A stretch of DNA of 48,012 nt. Source: Burkholderiales bacterium. GTDB taxonomy: Bacteria; Pseudomonadota; Gammaproteobacteria; Burkholderiales; JBOIGA01. Positions 17,886-25,916 of the stretch are shown here, one piece after another; positions within the stretch are counted from its first letter, which is position 1, and each line of letters begins with the position of its first letter. The position numbers were made by a program, and so were the translations under genes. The notes under the pieces are model-generated. The model did no database searches, was not told where the DNA came from, and saw only the letters and a program-made list of their open reading frames with translations. The stretch spans positions 1-48,012 of the forward strand of contig JBOIGA010000002.1 of assembly GCA_050741875.1 (NCBI GenBank), read 5' to 3'.

Positions 17886-19321
17886 GTGATATCACGATTC
17901 GCATTCCCATGCCGCTGCGCTCGTATACGAACGGGGCTGACGAAGTCCGACTATCCGCGGCGACCGTCGGTGAAGCTTTGCATGCGCTCGCCGAAAAACA
18001 CGACGGCATCGCCGCGCGCGTACTCTCGTCCGACGGCGAGCTGCGGCAGTTCGTCAACGTTTTCGTCTCCGGCGACAACGTGCGGACGCTGCAAGGCATG
18101 GCCACCCCAGTCAAGGATGGCGATGTCATCGCCATCATTCCCGCCGTGGCGGGAGGTAAAGCCAAAGACGAACGGCTTGCCGAGTTAAAAAAATCCATCC
18201 CCGAGACGGAACCAGCGCAAGCGGCGAAGCTGCAAGCCAAAGGCGCGGTGCTCGTTGACGTGCGGGAAAGCGATGAGATCGCGCAAGGCAGTCCAGCGGG
18301 AGCGCTGCGTATCTCGCGCGGCTATCTCGAGCTCAGGATCGAGGACGCTGTGCCGGATCTCGATCGGCAATTGCTCGTGATGTGCGGCGGCGGAACGCGC
18401 TCGCTTTTCGCCGCCGAAGATCTGCGGCGGCTCGGCTATCGCAACGTCGCTTCGGTCTCCGGAGGATTCTCGCGCTGGAAAAATCAAGGGCTGCCGATTG
18501 AGCTCCCGCAACGCCTCGATGCGAATTCACGCGAGCGCTATTCAAGACATCTGCTCATGCCCGAAGTCGGCGAAGCCGGACAGCTCAAGCTCCTGCAATC
18601 GCGGGTTCTGCTGATCGGCGCAGGGGGCCTGGGTTCTCCCGCTGCTGTCTATCTCGCAGCGGCCGGAGTGGGAACGCTCGGACTCGTGGATCACGACGTG
18701 GTCGATCGGAGCAATCTGCAGCGCCAGATTCTGCACACCGATTCCCGCGTCGGAATGTCCAAAGTCGCTTCGGCGAAGCAGACCTTGGAAGCGTTGAATC
18801 CGGCGGTCAAAATCGTTTGCCACGAGACGCATCTCGACTCCTCCCACGTCGAAAAAATTTTTGCCGGCTACGATCTCGTGGTCGACGGCTCGGACAATTT
18901 TCCGACGCGCTATCTCGTCAACGACGCGTGCGTGAAGCTCAGGATTCCCAACGTTCACGGCGCCGTCTACCGCTTCGAAGGCCAGGTCTCGGTGTTTTGG
19001 CCGGCGTACGAAAAGCGCCGCGGACCATGCTACCGCTGCCTCTATCCCGAGCCGCCGCCGGCCGAGCTCGCGCCGAGCTGCGCTGAAGCGGGCGTCCTGG
19101 GAGTGCTTCCGGGAGTCATCGGTCTGTTGCAGGCGGTGGAGGCGATCAAGCTCATACTTGAAATCGGCGATCCGCTCGTCGGACGTCTGCTTTACTACGA
19201 CGCGCTCGCGGCGCGCTTCGATGAGCTCAAGCTCGAACCGAATCGCGACTGCCGGTATTGCGCGGAAGGAAGGGAGTTCCCCGGCTACATCGACTACGAA
19301 CGCTTTTGCGCGGCGGCCTGA
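17882..19321 (+). CDS. triple fusion: CysO/MoaD-like beta-grasp sulfur carrier (ends ..IIPAVAGG at residue 92), rhodanese, and ThiF/MoeB-type E1 adenylyltransferase
   Basis: N-terminus resembles CysO and ends in an internal AVAGG. Rhodanese loop CGGGTRS. E1 P-loop LLIGAGGLGSP. Two CxxC pairs (CYRC, CRYC). ATGA overlap with the JAMM gene. Confidence 0.85.
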   Translation: MSDITIRIPMPLRSYTNGADEVRLSAATVGEALHALAEKHDGIAARVLSSDGELRQFVNVFVSGDNVRTLQGMATPVKDGDVIAIIPAVAGGKAKDERLAELKKSIPETEPAQAAKLQAKGAVLVDVRESDEIAQGSPAGALRISRGYLELRIEDAVPDLDRQLLVMCGGGTRSLFAAEDLRRLGYRNVASVSGGFSRWKNQGLPIELPQRLDANSRERYSRHLLMPEVGEAGQLKLLQSRVLLIGAGGLGSPAAVYLAAAGVGTLGLVDHDVVDRSNLQRQILHTDSRVGMSKVASAKQTLEALNPAVKIVCHETHLDSSHVEKIFAGYDLVVDGSDNFPTRYLVNDACVKLRIPNVHGAVYRFEGQVSVFWPAYEKRRGPCYRCLYPEPPPAELAPSCAEAGVLGVLPGVIGLLQAVEAIKLILEIGDPLVGRLLYYDALAARFDELKLEPNRDCRYCAEGREFPGYIDYERFCAAA

Positions 19322-20268
19322 TGAAAGCGGAGACCTTCAATCTGAAGCACGGCTTGCTCGCGGCGATCGGCAACACTCCGCTCGTCGAAATAAAGCTCGC
19401 GGCAAAGAACGGCGTGCGCCTTTTCGCCAAGCTCGAGTCGGTGAATCCGGGCGGTTCGATCAAGGACCGCGCGGTCAAGCGAATGGTCACGAATGCGATT
19501 GCCGCGGGACGATTCGAAGGCGGCAGGAGGCTGCTCGATTCATCTTCGGGTAACGCCGGCATTTCATACGCGGCGCTCGGCGCCGCGCTCGGTGTTCCGG
19601 TGACGATCGTCGTTCCCGGCAACGCGAGCCGGGAGAGGCTCGAGCGCATCCGTTCGCACGGCGCTGAACTGATCATGACCGATCCGATCGAGGGATACGA
19701 TTTCGCTCTTCGCAGAGCGAAGCAGCTCGCACAAGAACGTCCCGAACTTTATTGGCATTGCGATCAATATGCGAACGAAGACAATGTTCGCGCGCATTAT
19801 GAGGAAACCGCGGGAGAGATTCTGGCGCAGGTCGCCGAAGCCGCTGGCGCCGCTCCCGACTGTTTCATCGCCGGAGTCGGCACCGGTGGAACGATCACCG
19901 GAGTGGGTCGGCGCTTGCGAGAAGCGAATCCGCAAGTTCACATTGCCGCGGTCATTCCCGAAACTTTTCCCGGAATCGAAGGTTTGAAGCCGCTCGGACA
20001 TCCGGGGGACATTGTCCCTGAGATTCTGGATGAGGCGCTGATCGACGAGCGTATTCCCGTGACGCTCGATCAAGCCTTGCAAGTATGCCGTGAGCTGACG
20101 AAGGAAGGCTTGTTCGTCGGCCCATCATCGGGAGCTTTCGTCTACGGGGCGATGAAAGTTGGCGCCGCCGACAAAAGACCGAGAACGCTTGTCACCGTGC
20201 TGTCGGACACGGGCGAACGTTACGTCTCGACCGGAATGTGGGGTCCAAAATCCGGGAATCGGCCATAG
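19321..20268 (+). CDS. cysM: PLP-dependent cysteine synthase, CysM/CysK family (CysO-dependent type by context)
   Basis: NPGGSIKDR PLP lysine and SSGNAG loop. TGATG junction with the E1 fusion. Confidence 0.85.
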   Translation: MKAETFNLKHGLLAAIGNTPLVEIKLAAKNGVRLFAKLESVNPGGSIKDRAVKRMVTNAIAAGRFEGGRRLLDSSSGNAGISYAALGAALGVPVTIVVPGNASRERLERIRSHGAELIMTDPIEGYDFALRRAKQLAQERPELYWHCDQYANEDNVRAHYEETAGEILAQVAEAAGAAPDCFIAGVGTGGTITGVGRRLREANPQVHIAAVIPETFPGIEGLKPLGHPGDIVPEILDEALIDERIPVTLDQALQVCRELTKEGLFVGPSSGAFVYGAMKVGAADKRPRTLVTVLSDTGERYVSTGMWGPKSGNRP

Positions 20269-20311
20269 GGGATCGGGAATCGGAAAGCCGAAACGAAAAC
20301 TCTCCGATCCC
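20253..20311. repeat. 7-nt-period array (CGGGAAT CGGCCAT AGGGGAT CGGGAAT CGGAAAG CCGAAAC) with inverted partner CCGATCCC
   Basis: The array spans the cysM TAG (20266..20268). 8-bp stem GGGATCGG/CCGATCCC. Sits between convergent genes. Confidence 0.8.
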
Positions 20312-20341
20312 GCTTACTTTCGACTATCGATACCCACGTTG

Positions 20342-20731
20342 CTAGCTCTTGTCGCGACCCGATGCCGGCTTGTAGGTCTGACTGCGCTCTTGTTCCCCGC
20401 CCTTACCTTTCTGCTGCTGACGTTGCTGTCCAGGCTTGTATTGCTGCGAAGACTGCTTTTTCTGGGATAGTTCGCCGCTTTCGTCCTGCGCTTCCTGGCC
20501 GAAGGTTTGACGCGGTTTTCCCGTTTGGGCGAAACCCTGCTGCGATCCCGGGCGCGACTGGCCGCTTTGCTGCTGCATCGGTTCGAGAGGATCTTGCTCG
20601 CTGCCTTGCACCGATTCTTGTGATCCTTTGCGGGCCTTCTTCTGTCCGCCTGGCTGCTCCATTGCTTCGAGCGGGTCCTGCTCATCTTCCTGATTCTGAT
20701 TCTGTTGTTTCTGACCGCGACGCTTTTCCAT
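20342..20731 (-). CDS. Q/E/K-rich intrinsically disordered hydrophilin-like protein
   Basis: SD AAAGGAG 6 nt before the ATG at 20731. Internal repeat EQDPLEAMEQ / EQDPLEPMQQ. No hydrophobic core. The reading frame among overlapping low-complexity ORFs was chosen from the SD. Confidence 0.55.
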   Translation of the reverse strand: MEKRRGQKQQNQNQEDEQDPLEAMEQPGGQKKARKGSQESVQGSEQDPLEPMQQQSGQSRPGSQQGFAQTGKPRQTFGQEAQDESGELSQKKQSSQQYKPGQQRQQQKGKGGEQERSQTYKPASGRDKS

Positions 20732-20764
20732 TTTCATCTCCTTTGTGTTGGAGAAAAAACTGGC

Positions 20765-20779
20765 GCAACAGATATGCCA
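20765..20779 (-). promoter_or_regulatory. sigma54-type -24/-12 element TGGCAT-N5-TTGC
   Basis: Minus strand reads cTGGCATatctgTTGCg with exact consensus spacing, 34 nt upstream of the hydrophilin ATG. Confidence 0.45.
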
Positions 20780-20865
20780 GCGCCGATGAAGTCGCTGTTA
20801 AGAAAAAGTTTGTGCGGGGTCGCGGAGAAATTTCGCGGGCTTGTCGCGGCCCGCGTTTGTAAGTC

Positions 20866-21459
20866 TTACAACTTTTTAGTCGAGGACTTCATCAGCGAGT
20901 CGGCGTGGGGCGGGGAAAATCCCAGGAATCCGCGCCGGCGTTCGATCAATTCCAGCACCGAGAAAGCTTCGCCATTCACCTCTTCGGCGACAGTGAAAAT
21001 TTGGCGCAGCAGATCGTTTGGCCTGCCGACGACTTCCCCGGCAAACGCGATGCCTCGTGTTTTTAGCATGGTCACCGAATGCTCGATGTCGGCGACTCTC
21101 ACGGCGATGTGATGCAAGGTCTCATCACCGAATTTTCTAACCCAGCCGGGAATAATGCTCGTTGCGCCACGCGAATCGGGGTAAGCCTGGTCAATGAAAA
21201 AAGCCGGGTAACCGGGCTTGCGATAAATCTTGGCGAACCAATCGCCGTAGCGCAAGGTTTCGCCCTCGACATAGCCGAGTGTGACGAACTCATCGGCGCG
21301 GCGATCGACGTCGAGAGTGCGGATCGTGAGATGATCCACGACCGGAATAAAACCGACGCCGGCTTCATCGAGTGCCGCGGCGAGGAACCGCGCCGCGCCG
21401 TTGCGCGCGACATAGTCGTCGACAAGTTCAGCGATGCGAATATCAAGTTCTCTGCTCAT
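20866..21459 (-). CDS. VOC-fold metalloenzyme (glyoxalase/dioxygenase superfamily; possibly DUF1338-like)
   Basis: VDHLTIRT and LHHIAVRVADIE metal-ligand-like motifs. 4-nt overlap with the upstream ALDH gene. Confidence 0.6.
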   Translation of the reverse strand: MSRELDIRIAELVDDYVARNGAARFLAAALDEAGVGFIPVVDHLTIRTLDVDRRADEFVTLGYVEGETLRYGDWFAKIYRKPGYPAFFIDQAYPDSRGATSIIPGWVRKFGDETLHHIAVRVADIEHSVTMLKTRGIAFAGEVVGRPNDLLRQIFTVAEEVNGEAFSVLELIERRRGFLGFSPPHADSLMKSSTKKL

Positions 21460-22964
21460 CCGAATCTAATTCCTTGCGCAAGAGGAAGCTCGTCGCCCCA
21501 GTTGATCGTGTTGGTCTGCCGCCGCATGTACGCTTTCCACGAGTCCGATCCGGCTTCGCGTCCGCCTCCGGTTTCTTTTTCGCCCCCGAAAGCGCCGCCA
21601 ATCTCAGCGCCAGACGTTCCGATGTTGACGTTGGCGATGCCGCAGTCGCTCCCGACCGCGGACAAAAAACGCTCGGCGTTTTTCAGGCTGTTGGTGAACA
21701 GAGCCGAGGCGAGCCCCTGCGGAACGTCGTTGTTGATCGCGATCGCTTCCGCGATTGTTTGGTATGAAATCAGATACAAAATCGGCGCGAAAGTCTCACG
21801 CCGCACGATGTCCCAATCGCTGCTGGCGCGCACTAAAGTCGGCTCGACAAAAAACCCGCGCCGATCCAGCGCTTTCCCGCCATGGATGATTTCTCCTCCT
21901 CGGGCGCGGACATCGGCGATGGTCTCAAGAAAGCGCTCGACCGCGGCGCCATCGATCAGCGGCCCCATGACGGTCTCGAGATCCAGCGGGTTGCCAATTT
22001 TCACCTGTTTGTACGCGCGCACGAGTCTTTCCGTCAGCTCGGCAAAGCGATCCTCGCGCAGGATCAAACGGCGAGTCGTCGTGCACCGCTGTCCGGCCGT
22101 TCCCGCGGCGCCGAACACGATCGCGCGTGTCGCGAGTTCGAGGTCGGCGGTTTCATCGACGATGATCGCATTGTTTCCCGAGCACTCGAGTAAAAATCGC
22201 TTCATGCGCTGAGCGCACAGCGCAGCGACTTTTTTTCCGACCGCGCTCGAACCGGTGAAGGAAACAAGCGCGATTCGGTCGTCGCCGACCAATGTTTCCG
22301 CGAGTTGATCCGAATCGGTGATGACGAGCGAGAAAACGGCGGGAGCGCCGCAGTCTCGCATCGCCTGATTGGCGAGATGCTGAACGGCAACGGCGCAAAG
22401 CGGAGTTTTCGGCGAAGGTTTCCAGACGATGACATTGCCGCAGACCGCGGCGATGAAAGCGTTCCATGCCCACACGGCGACGGGAAAATTAAAAGCGGTA
22501 ATGACGCCGACGACCCCGAGCGGATGCCATTGCTCGTACATCCGGTGCATTGGCCGCTCGGAGTGCATGGTCAACCCATACAACATCCGCGACTGACCGA
22601 CGGCAAAGTCGGCGATGTCGATCATTTCCTGGACTTCGCCCAGTCCCTCTTGTTTGATTTTTCCGGTTTCGATCGAGACCAGCGTTCCGAGCGAATCTTT
22701 ATTTTCGCGCAGGAGTTCGGCGAAGCGCCGAACGAGTTCGCCGCGTCTCGGCGCCGGGACGAGCCGCCATTCGGCGAAAGCCTTGCGCGAGTTCTCCAGG
22801 ACTTGTTCCAAATCCCGCGCCGAAGCTTTTCCGGTCGCGGCGATCGTTTCTTCGGTAGCGGGATCGATCGACTCGAGATCGCCTCGGCCGGCTAGCCAGC
22901 TTCCGGCGTAAGCGGCCGGATTGCGCCGCTCAAGGTGAAGCCTGGCGAAAGGTTCTTTAGGCAT
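21456..22964 (-). CDS. aldehyde dehydrogenase, ALDH7 (aminoadipate-semialdehyde / P6C dehydrogenase)-like
   Basis: GEVQEMIDIADFAVGQSR and the catalytic GTAGQRCTT are ALDH7-typical. Also LECSGNN. Confidence 0.85.
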   Translation of the reverse strand: MPKEPFARLHLERRNPAAYAGSWLAGRGDLESIDPATEETIAATGKASARDLEQVLENSRKAFAEWRLVPAPRRGELVRRFAELLRENKDSLGTLVSIETGKIKQEGLGEVQEMIDIADFAVGQSRMLYGLTMHSERPMHRMYEQWHPLGVVGVITAFNFPVAVWAWNAFIAAVCGNVIVWKPSPKTPLCAVAVQHLANQAMRDCGAPAVFSLVITDSDQLAETLVGDDRIALVSFTGSSAVGKKVAALCAQRMKRFLLECSGNNAIIVDETADLELATRAIVFGAAGTAGQRCTTTRRLILREDRFAELTERLVRAYKQVKIGNPLDLETVMGPLIDGAAVERFLETIADVRARGGEIIHGGKALDRRGFFVEPTLVRASSDWDIVRRETFAPILYLISYQTIAEAIAINNDVPQGLASALFTNSLKNAERFLSAVGSDCGIANVNIGTSGAEIGGAFGGEKETGGGREAGSDSWKAYMRRQTNTINWGDELPLAQGIRFG

Positions 22965-23000
22965 TCCCGTTGCTGAGCGAAAACTTCGCCGGCCGGATGC

Positions 23001-25127
23001 TCACGCCGCGCGATGCTGCTTCGGATTGAGTTCGCGAAGAGCGGCTCTAATCTCGGTCACCGCCCAGTCAATTTCAGCACGGCTGATGACGAGTGGGGGA
23101 GCGAAGCGAACGACGCCGTGCGTGTCTTTGGTGAGAATTCCGCGCGCTGCAAGCGCTTCGGCAAAAGCTCGGCTTTGAATGCGAGCGGGATCGAGCTCGA
23201 TGCCGATAAAGAGTCCTTTGCCGCGAACGTCTCGAATAGCCGGACTTTCGATTCTCTTGAGCTTGCTTAAGAAAACCTCTCCGAGTTCGCGCGAGCGCTC
23301 GATGAGGTTCTCCTCGACGAGAACGTTCAACGCTTCGAGGCCGACCGCGCATGCGAGCGGGTTGCCGCCAAACGTGCTGCCATGGTCACCCGGATTGAAA
23401 ACAGCCATCACTTCCGACTTGGCGAGAAAAGCGGAGGCAGGAAGCAATCCGCCGCCGAGAGCTTTTCCGAGAATGAGGCCATCGGGAGTGACCTTGTCGT
23501 GTTGGTGCGCGAGCAGCTTTCCCGTGCGCCCGAGTCCGGTCTGTACTTCGTCGCACATTAGAAGTACGCGATGCTTGCGGCAGATTTCTGCGCAAGCCGT
23601 GAGATATCCAGGTGATGGAACGATGATTCCGCCTTCGCCTTGAATCGGTTCGACGAGGAAAGCCGCGGTGTTTTCGTTGATCGCCGCTTCGAGCGCCGCA
23701 ACGTCATTGAAAGGAATGGACGATATGCCGGGAAGGAAAGGGCCGAAGCCGCGCCGGTATTGCGGCTCGGACGAAAACGAGATGATACCCAAGGTTCGGC
23801 CGTGGAAATTGCCGCGGCAGGCGATGATTTCGGCGCGCTCCGGCTTGACGCCCTTGACTTCGTAGGCCCATTTGCGCGCGGCTTTGAGCGCGGTCTCGAC
23901 GGCTTCGGCGCCGGTGTTCATCGGCAGCATCTTGTCCTGGCCGGTGAGCGTGCACAGGCGTTCGGCAAAGAGTCCGAGCCGGTCGGAAAAAAACGCGCGA
24001 GAGGTCAAAGCCAGCGTGTTCGCCTGTTCGGTCAAAGCATTGACGAGGCGAGGGTGAGCGTGACCGAAAGTTGTCGCCGAATAAGCGCCGAGCATGTCCA
24101 GATAGCGATTTCCCGACTCGTCCCACAGATGCACCCCCTTGCCTTTGACGAGGACCACCGGCAGCGGTGCGTAGTTGTTGGCGCAATAGCGCTCTTCTTT
24201 CTTGACGCTCGCGCCCGGCGGCGCAAGCAGCGCGGCGATGAGGTTCTCGGCCAGGCGAGCGGTCGCGTTATCGCTGTCGAGGACCGGATTGTATTCGGCG
24301 ATTTCGAGCGCGATGAGTTTGCGATGGCGATTGGCGAGGCGAAAAGCGTCGATAAGCTCGGCACGAGTCAATCCGCCCTCGACAGGAACGGCGGTTCCAG
24401 GCGCCTCAGTCGGATCAAGCGCGTCCAAATCGAGCGAGACGCCGAAGCCGGCCGTTCCCTGGCTGACGATTTCGATTGCCTCGCCGAAAATATCCGTCAA
24501 GCCGCGGGCGCGAACTTCCGGCATGCCGTAAACCCGGACACCGAGCTCCCCGAGCAGTTCGGCTTCCTTCTCCTCGAAGCTGCGAACGCCGATGAGAACG
24601 ACGCGATCGGGCCGAAACACGGGAGAGATTTCACGTACGTTCGCAAGCCGCGAGTCGCCTCGCCCAAGCAAGTGAGCGAGCGGCATTCCGTGCAACGCGC
24701 TGCTTTCGCTCGTTTCGGGCGTGTGCGCGTCCATGTGGGCATCGATCCAGATCAAGCCGATCGGCGCACCCACAGCGGAACGCACTCCGCTCCAGGTTCC
24801 GATCGCGCAACTGTGATCGCCGCCGAGCACCAGAGGAAAGTCTCTGCGCGCGATCGTTTCGGAAACTTCGTGTGCGAGCCGCTTGGAAAATTCGATCACG
24901 GAACCGAGCTGAGTCGTTTGTCCGCGTACCCGCCGGCAGCGGACGATCTTGCCCCAGCGCGCCTCGATTCCTTTGGTTTGCAAGCGCTGTGCAATGCCGA
25001 AACGTTTCAAGTGCTCGGGTCCGGCAGCGCAGCGTGCATCGCGCGCGCCAACTCCGCATCCTGCGCCGATGAGTTTGATCAACTTCGTTCCCCCGTCTCC
25101 AAGCCGAAAGTCTGGAGCATTTTCCAT
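23001..25127 (-). CDS. fusion of arginase (RocF-like, N-terminal ~300 aa) and ornithine aminotransferase (RocD-like, C-terminal ~400 aa)
   Basis: Arginase motifs GGDHS, IDAHMDAHT and SLDLDALDP. The OAT part is collinear with RocD (NTGAEAVETALKAARKWAY, EPIQGEGG, CDEVQTGLGRTGK, STFGGNPLACAV). Confidence 0.9.
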   Translation of the reverse strand: MENAPDFRLGDGGTKLIKLIGAGCGVGARDARCAAGPEHLKRFGIAQRLQTKGIEARWGKIVRCRRVRGQTTQLGSVIEFSKRLAHEVSETIARRDFPLVLGGDHSCAIGTWSGVRSAVGAPIGLIWIDAHMDAHTPETSESSALHGMPLAHLLGRGDSRLANVREISPVFRPDRVVLIGVRSFEEKEAELLGELGVRVYGMPEVRARGLTDIFGEAIEIVSQGTAGFGVSLDLDALDPTEAPGTAVPVEGGLTRAELIDAFRLANRHRKLIALEIAEYNPVLDSDNATARLAENLIAALLAPPGASVKKEERYCANNYAPLPVVLVKGKGVHLWDESGNRYLDMLGAYSATTFGHAHPRLVNALTEQANTLALTSRAFFSDRLGLFAERLCTLTGQDKMLPMNTGAEAVETALKAARKWAYEVKGVKPERAEIIACRGNFHGRTLGIISFSSEPQYRRGFGPFLPGISSIPFNDVAALEAAINENTAAFLVEPIQGEGGIIVPSPGYLTACAEICRKHRVLLMCDEVQTGLGRTGKLLAHQHDKVTPDGLILGKALGGGLLPASAFLAKSEVMAVFNPGDHGSTFGGNPLACAVGLEALNVLVEENLIERSRELGEVFLSKLKRIESPAIRDVRGKGLFIGIELDPARIQSRAFAEALAARGILTKDTHGVVRFAPPLVISRAEIDWAVTEIRAALRELNPKQHRAA

Positions 25128-25218
25128 ACCATTAGACCGCGCGAAGCGTGGACTCGTTCGAGCCCTTTTAGAGCCGCCAAATTTCGGGTTTTAGTGACGA
25201 AGGGCGACAGCGCGAAAG

Positions 25219-25818
25219 TCAGCCGAAGAGTGGGCGAAGCACGAGGTGCGTCGGAAGGTAGACGAGGACGGGAACCGCGATCATGAGCGCACCGAGGTAA
25301 GCGAGCGGCGGCAGCCGTGTCTGCGGCTCAGATCCAAGACCGCGCACCCAGTTCACATTTTCTCCCTTGGGATCGGCGAGCCAGTAAGTGAGAGGAAAAA
25401 CAATCCACGCAAGAAGGGTGGCGGCGATCAGAGCGTCGTCGTCATACCCGAGCTTCGCGACCATCCATACCAGAAGAACCGGAAGAAAAACATGAAACAG
25501 CGAAAGCGCGCGAAGATGGCGCGGCTTGCTCGGGTCGAACATGTAATCGGCGAGGCCGCCGATTCGCCTGCCGCTAATGAGCCGCCCGAAAAATCCCACA
25601 TTCCAAAACACTTCCGGAAGCAGCACCGCGAGCGTCATCGTGCTCGCCACCACGCTGCTCTCGAACCACAGCGCGGGCACGGTGGCGAGCAAGGCGATGT
25701 CGGAAAACCAGAGAAAGTTGCTGGGCGGGTATTTAAAAGCGTAGACGGCGACGATCACCACCGCAACGACGGTGTAAGAGAGTTTGATCCAAAGTGGAAT
25801 CATGTTCGCTCTTCGCAA
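25219..25818 (-). CDS. polytopic membrane protein, unknown family
   Basis: Five to six hydrophobic helices. Alternative start at 25803 (MIPLW). Confidence 0.65.
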   Translation of the reverse strand: MRRANMIPLWIKLSYTVVAVVIVAVYAFKYPPSNFLWFSDIALLATVPALWFESSVVASTMTLAVLLPEVFWNVGFFGRLISGRRIGGLADYMFDPSKPRHLRALSLFHVFLPVLLVWMVAKLGYDDDALIAATLLAWIVFPLTYWLADPKGENVNWVRGLGSEPQTRLPPLAYLGALMIAVPVLVYLPTHLVLRPLFG

Positions 25819-25850
25819 GCCGCCACTTTTGCGAGCCCTAACTTTTGATA

Positions 25851-25916
25851 AGTCGCTAGTGGCTAGTCGCTAGTCTCGAGTAAAAATACTAGCGACTCAA
25901 AGTCCTAGCGACTAAC
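25851..25916. repeat. 7-nt-period array (AGTCGCT AGTGGCT AGTCGCT AGTCTCG) with inverted TAGCGACT x2
   Basis: Hairpin arms flank the loop TAAAAATAC. The right arm encodes the last codons and the TAG of the malQ::treY gene. Confidence 0.9.

Noticed and set aside
17463-19321. JAMM + Ubl + E1 read as a bacterial ubiquitination-like (Bil/Bub-type) antiviral conjugation system.
   Set aside because: No E2-like gene is present. The Ubl resembles the CysO/MoaD sulfur carriers. The E1 carries a rhodanese domain. The next gene is a CysM-type cysteine synthase, and the whole set is embedded in a suf operon. Sulfur transfer explains the components better than protein conjugation does.
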